A stretch of DNA of 63,500 nucleotides, the filler included, from Welwitschia mirabilis (lineage: Eukaryota): assembly GCA_051453625.1 (NCBI GenBank). It is 4 parts of one record of this genome, joined end to end, with 100 filler letters (N's around TTAATTAATTAA, not from the genome) between each part and the next. Parts side by side here need not be neighbours in the genome. Positions count along the whole stretch, not along the records: positions 1 to 21,550 come from JBOZIK010000001.1; positions 21,651 to 42,079 come from JBOZIK010000001.1; 2 more parts are not named here. One strand, written 5' to 3'. The notes below the pieces were generated by a model. It was not told the DNA's origin. It did not search any database and was given only the letters and a program-made list of their open reading frames with translations. This document shows positions 13,051 to 25,650 of the stretch, one piece after another. Each line of letters begins with the position of its first letter. Within the stretch, counting starts at the first letter, position 1. Position numbers and translations under genes: made by a program.

Positions 13051-16000
13051 TAATTTGATGTTCTTCTTCTTTCTTCATTTTTATTTAAGTGTAAGATCCT
13101 AATTAAAGACAAAAATTTTACATGTGTATATCTAACTATGTTAAAACATTGTCCATTGATAGCTTAACATTCTTGCTATCACCTATAGCTTTGCATGAGA
13201 TCACAGGTCCTGCATTTCTACTCTTTTGACTAGGAGTGATTTCTTTTATATACTTTTAACTTTAAATAGATCTCTATTCATTTTTATTTAATATGTATTA
13301 ATTCATATGCCCATGTATTATCTTCATGTTTAATGCATGAGTCATTATTACAATATTATGATATATGCTTATATCACTTTGATTTATATTGTTGCTTTTT
13401 CCTCACTGTAGTAATTTAATCTGAGATAGATTTCAGTCAAATATCAGCTTCTGTTGTAATTAAATGTTTAGACCATTCATAGTCTTAAATAATATATTCT
13501 GCATTTATATTAATTCATCTATCTTACTTTCACTTCTTAAGACTTGTGAGGTTTTTCATTAGCCTATTTAAAAGCCTTTTTATTGGACTCATGGACTAGT
13601 TGCTTGATTTTAGCTTTGGAACTTATGAGTTTTTATAAGATTGTAATTTGTTGTTCCTTAAGTTGTTATTGTTATTATTCTATGTTACTATTTCCCATTA
13701 GGTACAACATGCTAAAGTCAATGGTTAAGTATAGTGGTGTTTCTTGATGTTCTTCTATGAGATATTACTAAATTATGATTAAATCCTACACATTAATGTT
13801 ATAGGAGGCCCTATTTAGATTCTAAAATCAAGCCTCGATTTTTTTAAGATCCATCTCCATCAATAGTTATTAGAACTATTTATGTGTTTGTCGTATGCAT
13901 TGAAAAAGTGTACTTGAAAGGATCCTAGGAGGTTTGCCATGGATGTTCCAAGACACTGTGTTCAGAACCTCCTACAACAAGNNNNNNNNNNNNNNNNNNN
14001 NNNNNNNNNNNNNNNNNNNNNNNNNNNNNNNNNNNNNNNNNNNNNNNNNNNNNNNNNNNNNNNNNNNNNNNNNNNNNNNNNGGTTTGCCATGGATGTTCC
14101 AAGACACTATGTTCAGAACCTCCTACAATAAGGATCCATCCTTAGGATGTACGAGGAACATGTGGTAGATGAATCATTTTTGTTTTTCTAATTTCAAAAA
14201 TACATGGGTCCATGCAGATGTATCTTCACATTGTTCAAAAAGCTTCCATTTTCCTCTATCTTGATGCATTAAGGAATCTCTTCAATGTCATTTAGAGAAG
14301 AAATTAACTACTGGAAAACATAATCACTACCCTTATATTTTATATTCCATCTGAGCAGTATGCAAAAATGGAAAAGCAAGCTAGGAACCTACTCACCTAG
14401 TACCTTGTCAAACTAATTAACATACTTTGCCCTCACATTGTTAAGAAATAAAGTATACACTACAAGCAAGTGGATTATGTGATCAGAAAACTAGAGAAAT
14501 TTAATTCCTTTTCNNNNNNNNNNNNNNNNNNNNNNNNNNNNNNNNNNNNNNNNNNNNNNNNNNNNNNNNNNNNNNNNNNNNNNNNNNNNNNNNNNNNNNN
14601 NNNNNNNNNNNNNGTATACACTACAAGCAAGTGGATTATGTGATCAGAAAACTAGAGACATTTAATTCCTTTTCTTCATTTAACCTAAAAAATTCATGTT
14701 ATTAAGAATCTTAGAACAATTTAGATTCATATTTTTGCATTCTAGATCTAATGATTTTGGCTTATAAGCTATTGTAGTTGGATCTATTAAATCCATAGAG
14801 AGTTCACATAGTTTAAGTAGAGAAGTACTAGTTGATGCACTTGAGACATGCCTTTTTTTATTTTGGACATCTTTCATTGTTTTTTGATTTCTGTTGCATA
14901 AGAAAAAAATTTCCACTCTGAATTTAAGATTTGACAAAAATATAACACATTTATATATTTGTAATAATAGTATGAAACTTTAATCTACGTTTCTTTATAA
15001 TCCTAACCATGATTAGTAAAACTTCCAAAAAATCAAAAAAATTCAAAATTTTCATTTTTAATGTTGATTTCCCCATTTCAATTTGGATATGTTTCATAAC
15101 ATGGTTTCATATCCCAAACTTCAGATTAGATCACTTCATAAATAGTATTTGGAAAGCTTATAACACATAGGTCCTACGTCATACTATTTATCAACACAAA
15201 TTATAATCTATCATATTTCATAATCTTTATCAACACACGTTATAAGCTCTATACAATACGGTTNNNNNNNNNNNNNNNNNNNNNNNNNNNNNNNNNNNNN
15301 NNNNNNNNNNNNNNNNNNNNNNNNNNNNNNNNNNNNNNNNNNNNNNNNNNNNNNNNNNNNNNNNNNNNNNNNNNNNNNNNNNNNNNNNNNNNNNNNNNNN
15401 NNNNNNNNNNNNNNNNNNNNNNNNNNNNNNNNNNNNNNNNNNNNNNNNNNNNNNNNNNNNNNNNNNNNNNNNNNNNNNNNNNNNNNNNNNNNNNNNNNNN
15501 NNNNNNNNNNNNNNNNNNNNNNNNNNNNNNNNNNNNNNNNNNNNNNNNNNNNNNNNNNNNNNNNNNNNNNNNNNNNNNNNNNNNNNNNNNNNNNNNNNNN
15601 NNNNNNNNNNNNNNNNNNNNNNNNNNNTTGACACCTCAATAAGAGAACATGAAAGCATGAAATTAAACTATAGGACTTAACAATGAATTTGGTATCCTTG
15701 AAAGACAAAATATCTGATGTTTATCATACTAAGAATTAGTTAATAAAATGGAGTTAGAAGAGCTACATTATAATCAAAGATACATGCAACTACTGGATGA
15801 TGAACTAATAGCATTGTTGCTAGATGCATTACATTGTCATAAGCATAGTGACAAATTATCCTTGCCTATGTAGTTATGACTTAATAGCATAGCCAAATGT
15901 GTTATTTGGTCACATATTTAGTGATGACATGATTGCTACTTGTTTCACCTGGATAGACTTCGTCATAGTTGTAGTTACTACAACTAATTTTTACATTTAA

Positions 16001-17389
16001 TTTTAGGATGAATCTTTTTATATTACCTCTCCTTTGAGCTGGTTGTAATTGAACCTATGAAGAGTCTAAAACCACAAAAGGCTATTTCAATAAGGGACTT
16101 CTTCTTTTTGAAGATTTGTTGCATTCCAAATTTGTAACATTGGAGATTAAAGTGTTCAAAGAGCTACTAAGAGTTTCAGAACTAGTTTACTTGAAACTTA
16201 TTATTAGTTGGAATTTATCTCATCTGTCTAAACTCCAAACCTCACTGTCATTCATTGTTTCTTCTTCAGAAGATTATTTTCTAATAAAGTTCTTTTTAGA
16301 TTTCTTATTTTCTAAGCTATTATTCACATATTTTGAAGAATTATTAATGTAATTGTGATTTGAAGCATGAGAATTAGCTCTGTAAGATAATCAACCTTGA
16401 AGAAATGCTTTTCTATATTGATACTCACCTACTTCCTTCCACTCTAAAGAACTTCTCTAGTCCCTAACTTATCTCTTATACAATAGGTTGCTCTATAATA
16501 AGGTTCTTTACATATTTTATATGTTCTAAACTTCTATTCCTTTAGTTCAAGCATTAGATTTTATATCTGTAATAGACAATTAGCCTTAAGTAAAGGATCT
16601 GTGAATTGATAATTACATGCCTAGTATAATCATTGTCAACTTCTTTCTTTGTAACAAATAACCACACATGCATGCACACATTTTCAAGAACTCTAATTCT
16701 GTGACTTGTTGGCTTCATTGTTTTTAATACTTAGGATTTTAATATTTTCTATATATTTTGTGACTATTATGTTGTGCATAAAATCACAGTAAGATGGTAT
16801 GACATTAGGAATTGAGTAAATAATACAAAATGCATTTTATCTATGTGATAACTAGTTCTAACAATACCCTACTCTCTTGGTCAAATTGTGAAAAATATAG
16901 TTTATCACATTAAGTATAACATAAGCTAGATTTTAGTTTGATGAGTTTTATAAATATTGAGAGGAGGTGCACTTTTTACTTCCTTATTTAAAATATTAAG
17001 TTATAATTAGCATTTATGTCATTTTTTTAAAATTTTATGTATCTGTTTTAGTGATTTTATTAGTCTAAGCATCATGCCAAAGATTCTATCAAAGATTCTA
17101 CCTTTTATCTTTTTGACAATTTTTTTTCCATTTTAGTCTAAGCATCAATCTTCTTGCATTCACTATTTGGAATGAAAGCCTAGTAATTTAAGTAATGAAG
17201 ACTTAATCTACCTTAAGAAAGGCCTGAGAAAAGAAGATATAACATTAGAACTAAGTTGCAGATTCCTGCTCTTAGAATAGTAGCTTTTAATCTATCCCTT
17301 TAAATCCTAGCAATTGCTTATATGGAATGCTTTGTAAATAGTGCATAAATCATGTAAATTGTTTTTTATCCTATCAAACCTTTTGAGGT

Positions 17390-17653
17390 ATTTATTTGAT
17401 AAAATGCCTTAATAGAAAATACCTAGAAAGCCTAAATGCCTCAAAAGCCTTTTTAGGCATTTCTAATAAAAAATGCCTCAAAATCCTTTTAAGGTATTTA
17501 TTATAAAAACACCTTAAAATACATTTTAAGGCATTTTTATTTAAATGTCTTAGAAGCGTTTTCTAGAGAAATGCCTTAAAAGTGTTTAAAGAATTTTTTA
17601 TTACCTTGTAAGGCATTTTAAAAACATCTTAAAAGCCTATATTTCTTGTAGTA
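17390..17653. mobile_element. Terminus of a CACTA/EnSpm DNA transposon (subterminal repeats + TIR)
   Basis: Many AAATGCCTTAA / TTAAGGCATTT motifs in both orientations end in TTTCTTGTAGTA (17642-17653), the reverse complement of CACTACAAGAAA with one G>A. The other end was not found. Confidence 0.7.
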
Positions 17654-18040
17654 AAACCAACCTTGTTTTTACAACATTGACTAATTGAGAAGAGATTGAT
17701 GATGCTACATGAACTAACTTTATATGATGACCCAATTGAAAAACATTGTCTTGAGTCTAAGGATGAAGAATATATCAACTTGGAAGAAACTCAACATATT
17801 CTCTTAGTAGAAAAGCTTTTTGTAGAGTTTCATTCCACATCTATCATCTCCATGAAAAATGGAACAATAGCTAAAAATACCAATTTAGAACTAAATAAAT
17901 TACCCCAAGGTTTAAAATATATTTTTCTATTTGGCAATCTAAAGAAACCCCTAATAATAAGTGATCTTCTTACTTTTCAATAAGAATCAAACTTAATCTT
18001 ATGCTTAACTTCTAAAGAAGATTCCTGTGCTTGGACATAT
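17654..18040 (+). pseudogene. Athila-like pol fragment (protease-RT linker)
   Basis: LELNKLPQGLKYIFL..KPLIISDLL (cf. LELKPLP.HLKYAFL); the DNA resembles 2975-3050; it begins exactly at the CACTA TIR. Confidence 0.75.
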
Positions 18041-19279
18041 TTGTTTAGATCTAGCTATCCAATAATAATCTTCATTTCCTCATTTTACAACTACAGATTT
18101 GGTAGTGCTTTAGATTAACTATGGTCACTTACATTGCTTAGCATATGATAATTGCCTCTCTTATTCATGACCAGATCTATTTTTCACTTCTTTCCTTTCT
18201 TATTTAATTATATTCCATCATTCTAAAATTTTACTACTAAATTAATGGAAATTTATGTTTTTTTTATTGCTAAAATATTCCATTCTCATGTTAGTAGGTT
18301 TAAGATGTGATGCATAGTATCCCCTCTAAGCTAGTACTTTACTTTTAAAATTATAGCATCTAGGAAAAATGCTTTAATTTTAATGACTTAGAAAAACTTT
18401 AAAATGTGGATAAATGATTTAAGAATACTAAAACTTCTTATGCTAAGTTATGAAGAATGATAAATCAAGCCTTGTGATTATAATAAACATGATATCATGT
18501 GAAAGAACAACAAAGATCTTAATAGTCTTTTAAAAGTATTTAGAGAAGACGTCTTTTAGGCACATGCAAACATACAAAACATGATAATTTACATTTTTTG
18601 AGTTCTATTATTATGTATACTGTTATATTCTTGTAATTTTTAAGTCTTGATTATTATATACATTGTTATACACTTGAAATCATTAACTAGTTTTTTGAAA
18701 AAATAAATCTTTATAGAGAAATGTAATGAACTAGAAATTAAAGTGCTAAGACATAAAGTGAATTAGTAGTACAATTCATATCATTCTTTGGTCATCATTA
18801 ATTTCATTATATCTTTAGTAAGCTTTGAATTTTTATAATAATTATTTACTTATAGATAACTTTTATAGGTTATAAATAATTACATACTATTTATCTCTTT
18901 TCTAGGATAGGGATATATTAAAACTAGGTGCTTCCAACTATGCTAAAACTAAAAGGACATGACAATGTATGCTTCTAGTTAAAAGTTTCATTGAAATAGA
19001 TAATTACATTAGATGACTTTGTTTTTATATATTTTTCATATTAATATATTTTAATATTTAATATAATTTTTTGAGTTTTCCTTTGTGTGTCTATTTTTTA
19101 ATAACTTTCTTCAATAGCTAATTTAGAGTAATCATTTATGTATTTATCATTCTTGAAATTTTGAGTAAGTAAAAAATCCCTCAAATTTAGAAACATAATT
19201 GAAAATACTAGGGTTACTACTTTTTTAACTTAATCGAGTAAAATTAGCTATTATATAGAATAATATTCAGATGCACCCC

Positions 19280-22200
19280 TTATTTCATCTCAGTAGAACA
19301 AATGGAGGTGGTAAGTCTAGTTTATCATGATCATTGGAAGAAATAGCATTACTTGTTATTTGTGGTTGATCGTTCCTACAAAATCAGCCACTATTGCCTA
19401 CTTTAATTCAATTCTAATTCAAATGTATGATAGTTCATCAAATTATAAGATTTCATTTGAGATGTTAAATGTACATATGATTGTATTATTATTGTATTCT
19501 TTTACTTAATATCTTTAGGATAAGAGACATTAACTTCAATCTCTTTCACCATTTGTTTGTGATTTCATAGTGTAGCTGTTAATACCTATCTAAGTATGTT
19601 TAAACTAATTAATTGTTATTAAAAAATAAGAATACACATAATAATATGAGTGATATCATTTAATGTAGGAACAAGTAGTTATGTAGGTGCAAGTCAAGGT
19701 GGTATTAACTTGGTAAGGTACTTAGCAGATGAGAGTTATTTTCATGCATTAAAAATATTAGATGAGATGTGTTCCTATGACATGCTTCTCTTATAGCCAG
19801 GCCTTCAGATGTACCATCACATTTAGTTATGTAATAGACAAATTCTTTTCTTAAATTTTTTACTTAAGCTTATAAAATATTTTAATGAAAAGGTCAGATT
19901 TTAAGGATTCTAATTTGGTTATTTGATATCTGATATCCATGTTTAAAGATGAATGCACAAATGTATACACAGACATTACATACATTTGTGCATCTAATCA
20001 TTCAATATCCATTTTAAGCATATGATTATATGCATTCATGGAAATGCTTCTAACATACAAAGACCCACACACTTATTTGATATTCATTTTTTTTTCATAT
20101 GAATATTTACAAGTGCCCATGCTTATAATACACATACACATACATCTATACATACATTTAATACTCATTTTTTGTATATAAATCTACACATGTGTGTAAG
20201 ATCTTATATAACATATACACACATAAAAAAACAAATAAATGAGATATTTATTTAAAAAAACCCATCTTCATGACCTATCATTTTTCATCTTACACTAATA
20301 TTTTAAGTTTGAACAAGTACATTTCATACTCTGTGTTTAAGTAATGGTGCCTTTTCTACTATTTTTAGATATTTAATTACTGAAGGAGTTAGTTTCTTAA
20401 ATGGCTCTTATAATCTCTTCATTTGAGATGTCATGTAGTTTATCTAGTTATTTAAATAAGTCCTCAAACTTGTTTACTTTACTATTAATCATCTACCTTG
20501 AAAGGGAACATTTGCAATTGATGTCTAATTGTTTACCTTCTCACTACTAATACTTACATTGATGGTTATCCTTCATAGTTTATTATCATATAATGTGCTT
20601 CTTCCATGAATATTATTGTGCCAATATAGTTCCTCATGAGTATCACAGTTGGACAAATCTAATAATACCTCCTAGTGTAACTTAATTCCTACTTCATCTT
20701 CTTAATGATTAAATAATCTTTCACATTGACTCTTATCTTTTTCCTATGTATTGCATAAATATTTTGGCACTTATAAAAATGTGAATTATCCTATTTTTAA
20801 AGATCAGGATTATAGCTAATAAATGATTTTTTTCGACATAGAATCATGTAGATGATTCACTAACTCTATGGTTAAATGAAGTTATAGCTTATTGTTTAAA
20901 TATGTTGAGAAATAGTAGATGATCTTCTTTTCTATTTACTTTCATTAGAGAATTATAATTTTAATTAGGTATTCTTTTAGTACTATGTAATATTTAAATT
21001 TTCTATTTATTTTTTTATAGGATTTCTATAATCCAAATTGACTTCTAAGTTAAAATATATTGGCCTAGTATTTTCTATAGATTTTAGTAAGACAAATGAC
21101 TAAAGGTTGTTAAGAATGAAAGGGAGGATTTATTTAGAACTAATCCTTCATGTCTTGTTGAAGATATTTTTCTTACACACACCTTGAAGGTCAAGTTTCG
21201 TTTCATACTATTACTTATTATTTTATTACTTTTTATGCCTTCAAACATACTTGTTTAATTTAGCATTATTTATTCTTGCATTAAATATGTTGCATTGTGT
21301 CATCAAATATTATGAAAAGTATTGCATATTACAAGTGTAACCAAGATTTTTCCCCTTTTTATATAGACAATAGCTATAATCTTATCACCCTTTATTGCTA
21401 CATTAAGTGTCATTAGAATTAAAACTTTAATGTATCATATCTGATATACCTATCTTATAGTATTTTTCATTAACTATGTGTTGCGACACCAACTTAAGTG
21501 TATTTGATAGGGTATTTTGAGTTGTTTTGCAGATAAACTAACAGATAAATNNNNNNNNNNNNNNNNNNNNNNNNNNNNNNNNNNNNNNNNNNNNTTAATT
21601 AATTAANNNNNNNNNNNNNNNNNNNNNNNNNNNNNNNNNNNNNNNNNNNNAAATACACACCGCAACACTATGTCTTGTATAAGTTAGACTTCTTATTTAT
21701 TATCTATATCTTCTCTCATTGAGAGATATAGGAAAGGTAATTAATTGTAACTCATAATTATAAGATTAGATTTTTAAGTTTTTATGCATTATTGACACTA
21801 GTAAATAGGGTATTAAGAAGGGATATATTTATATCATTTTCTTAAGAAGGATTTAAGAACAATTTTATTATATAACTTTGACTTCTAAATTGAACCATTA
21901 TAATAGAGCTAGAAAGTAGCTTATGAAAATTTTGATTGATTGAAAGGTTATAGCTGGGGTTTGTTGAGAACATAATAGAGTAATATTTTTAGGAGGCTTC
22001 TAGTGTCAATTCATACACGCTTAGTGTAGTAATAAATTTGGTCTTCCTAGTGTTCAATAAGCATTTTTCCCATTAAGTGAGAAGTGCTAAAACATTAAAA
22101 AAATGTTAAGTATTTAATGGCTTCTTGTTTGATACAAAGAATATTGAAGTAATATAAAGAATATCAAAGTGATTTAACTAGTGACAATGTTAATTTAGTT

Positions 22201-25200
22201 ACTAGTACAAAATAAACTATCTAAGGATATTTATTTTTATTTTATTTTTATTTTAATTTTTTCTTATGTAACTCTTATTCGTAATTTTATCACATACTTA
22301 ATTTTCTTAAGTTCTTTATAAAATATTGTAAAACAAATAGGTCCTTCTTATTGAAGAAAATTATGATATCAAAGCTATCCATTTACTAGAACACACTAAG
22401 AAATGTTAGAATCTACTTAAGATGGATAGGAACTTTCATATATGCCTTTTTTGATAAGTTTCCTTATTAATAAAATTACTATTAAGAAACTACCTAGTGC
22501 TTAAATGATAGAAGTTTCCTTAAACTATGCTTTGATCTTCCCTCACCAATTAAATGACCTATGTCCAAATATTAGTTTGTCTTTTTTTTTTTAATTAGAA
22601 TTCTATTAAATATTACTTTTTATTAATTCTATAATTTTAAAAATGTCTTTCCCTATTTATCCTATGTATTTAAAATCATTGACTTTGCTAGGCTCTAAAG
22701 GAAGTAGGTTCTTAATAAAAAATTAGCCATATTTACATTTTAAAAAATAGCATTTCATATGGTATAGGATCTTTTGTTTTGGTGAAGGCATCACGTAGAG
22801 TCCCAAAGTTGACNNNNNNNNNNCCTCTTTTTTTACATTTTAACATTTAAATGAAATCCTTTTTTATTGAATTTCCCTCTAATTTTCACTAAATTCTAAA
22901 TATCATCTTCACCTTATTGCTAATAGCTCGGCTAGTCTTCTATAATGTCTAATTGACAATGCTAATTTGATTGGCTATCCTTATTCTCTTAGACAAAATC
23001 AAATTCTTTATCCTATTAGATAATATTATCTTTTAATAACTTTATAATACTCTATTACCTAATATAACATTTTTAAAGGATATAATATAATATATTATCT
23101 TATTAGCTAATTATTAGTGTTGCATTTCTCTTTTTTCCTATTCCTCTTCATAAGAAATATATGTTTTCAAAATTTTTTATCAATATTAACTTATTATTAG
23201 ATGTAACATGCACAAATGTAGAGAATTACATTATGCATATCATGTGAAATATCATTTTTGATTCCCTTCATTTTCCTTAAAATAGAAAGTCAATAATTTC
23301 AATGCGTTGATTATTGAACATAATTTAGCCTATACTACTTATATTAAATTATGTCTTCATTAATGTCATAATACTATTTGAGGCCTAATTTGAGAATCAA
23401 ACCATATGCAATAGTATATAAATTTATATTTGGCATTATATTTTATTTCTTCTCAAATAGAGTTCTTAGAGATTAAATTAAGCATGATGTCATAGAGCCT
23501 CTTATGTGCTTATGCAAGTTTTAACAACACCCATACATCTATAAGTGTACTCAACTATTAATGTTTCTTTAGCACTTTATTAAAAACAATCATAGGTAAA
23601 AACCTTTTAGAAACTAAATATATGTAATACCATTATTGAACTAATCATGGTAGTGAAAACATATTGGTAATAAGTTGAGGTTCTATAACATATCCACATA
23701 CATTGAGAATTTTAACAAAGATCTTTCTTCTTTTTATTTATTTCAATGAATTGTCTATGATCAATGAGATATATCATGCATATATGTGTATTCGTATAGA
23801 TTCAAATGATAGGGAGTTTAAGAGATATTAAAATATCTTCAAACTTTATGAATTTTAGGATAGTAATGAGGATCCTTTGAATGCTAATTATAAATAGCTT
23901 TACTATGATGGCTTTCTATTGCATCATGATAGTACAAAATATCAACTTATTGACAAATACCTTATAAAAATGGATGCTCCTACACATAAGATTAGTGCTA
24001 TTTCAATTTCATATGAATAGGCTTTGTCAAATTATTAATCAAAATACTTATTATCATGCATAAAGATTTGAGGCAACATGTTTATTAGTAGGATTATGGT
24101 CTTCTACTGTAGGATATCTTTGCAATTTACAAAAAGGAAGAATTGGAAGCATTTCCTCCTTACAAAAGCAAAGTTCATAACTAAATGCTCCTTTAGCATG
24201 ATACATGTATTTACTTTATGCAAAAAATATTACCATGGAAAATTCTAAGGTAAAGGACAAATATAGTTTTGCCATATTGGATGCATAGTAATTGTTTTTT
24301 TCAATAACCTATCTAACCTTAAATCTCATAACTAATGAATATTATGATTTATACTACTAATACTTTATACATTTATATGTTCTAAACGTGTTGGTAAAAT
24401 TAGCCAAGGATTAATAATAGCACCTCATAAGGATCCAGTAACAAGATGCATGATATTTGAGAATGCTATTATTGGAGAATCTAAAATCAACCTAAATTGA
24501 TAGCATTTTGAAAAAGAATAGTCAAAGCTAAATGTACTACATATTAACAAAAAATTAAAAATGTAGAAAATATTTTAAAGAAAGAAAATAGAATTTTTCA
24601 TCATGCATAATTTTTTTTGACACCAATGCAATGAAACATATTAAAGAGAATTTAATTTTATATAAACATTCCATGCTTTATTTAAAAGTCATGTGAGCAA
24701 CATCATAGAAGAACTTTATTTGAATCTCTTGAATTAGTGTTTAGTTTTATTTGTTTTAACAGATTTAGAAGGATTTATAACGATATAATAAAATCTAATA
24801 ATAGTAAAGGATTAATCATAAATCATCAAAGAGTGGTTCCTCAATTTCACATGTTCTTAATATGTTATGATTTTCTTTTAGTTTTCAACAACATTTCTTA
24901 AACTTGTTGTATGATATTTGTTGATTTCTAGTGTCTAATATGCTATCCAAACATGCATTAATTTAAATTAAATTCATGATCCATAATCTTAGAACTTAAT
25001 TGATAAACTCTAATTTAGCGCTTTATGGATTTACAGCCTAGTTCTATTGTTAGGATCACCACCATCATCCCTCTATACTTATAGAAACCATATCATAATA
25101 TATTCATCATCTTATAGAATTACAGAGTTATATTACATCATCTTAGCCTTCCATTCCATAATATAATTTAATCTAGATGACATCATTATAGAATTTGAGA

Positions 25201-25650
25201 GATCACTTCATAGGAACAAAAGGCTATCTTTTCTCTTATGCTATTATTTTAGAGTTCCACTATAGATATATATGGAAAAGTTTTAAATAGTCTTATTCTT
25301 TACTTATATTATGATTATGGCTTACATCTAACTATTATAAGGAAAAGCAAAATTCATTAAAAAAGAGTTCAAATATGCATTTTTTTTTTAAAAAAATCTT
25401 AATGTACTTGACGATTGTGTTGTCTTGGTATTTTCAAAAGAACCTGATATCTCAAACTCATTTAAGAACATATTTGCTTATGCATACAGTACATGTGATA
25501 TTAGTAAACTTTATTTTAGTCCTCAAATGTCCTACACAAGTAAATTTTAGTAACTATGATGATGATTATTGATGGCTTTCATTCAAAGAATAAGAATTCT
25601 TAGTACAAGTTAAGGTGAATCTTCTTCCTCTCTATTGATGTTAAAAAATA
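19280..25650 (+). pseudogene. PARP1: Poly(ADP-ribose) polymerase 1-like unprocessed pseudogene
   Basis: Clear core exons: 23800-23990 IQMIGSLRDIKIS..EDPLNANYK*L...HDSTKYQLIDKYLIKMDAPTHK; 24092-24200 DYGLLL*DIFAI..PYKSKVHN*MLL*H; 24379-24452 GSKRVGKISQGLIIAPHKDPVTRCM (cf. [29 protein letters not shown]). Weaker BRCT-like (LLVICG, ~19350) and C-terminal (QVKVNLL, ~25610) traces set the outer limits. Confidence 0.8.
21479..21667 (+). mobile_element. Athila-family insertion (solo LTR or full element collapsed into a scaffold gap) with 5-bp TSD
   Basis: TGTTGCG...CGCAACA termini flanked by CTATG at 21474-21478 and 21668-21672; the left end matches the LTR of the 1-7802 family. Confidence 0.85.

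Noticed and set aside
14680-14937. Minus-strand 85-aa ORF, possibly a retroelement accessory ORF
   Set aside because: No diagnostic motif could be confirmed by eye.
21595-21606. TTAATTAATTAA inside N runs (also 42124-42135 and 54475-54486)
   Set aside because: An identical palindromic 12-mer centred in 100-nt gaps that gives stops in all six frames; a scaffolding linker, not biology. Sequences on either side may not be truly adjacent.
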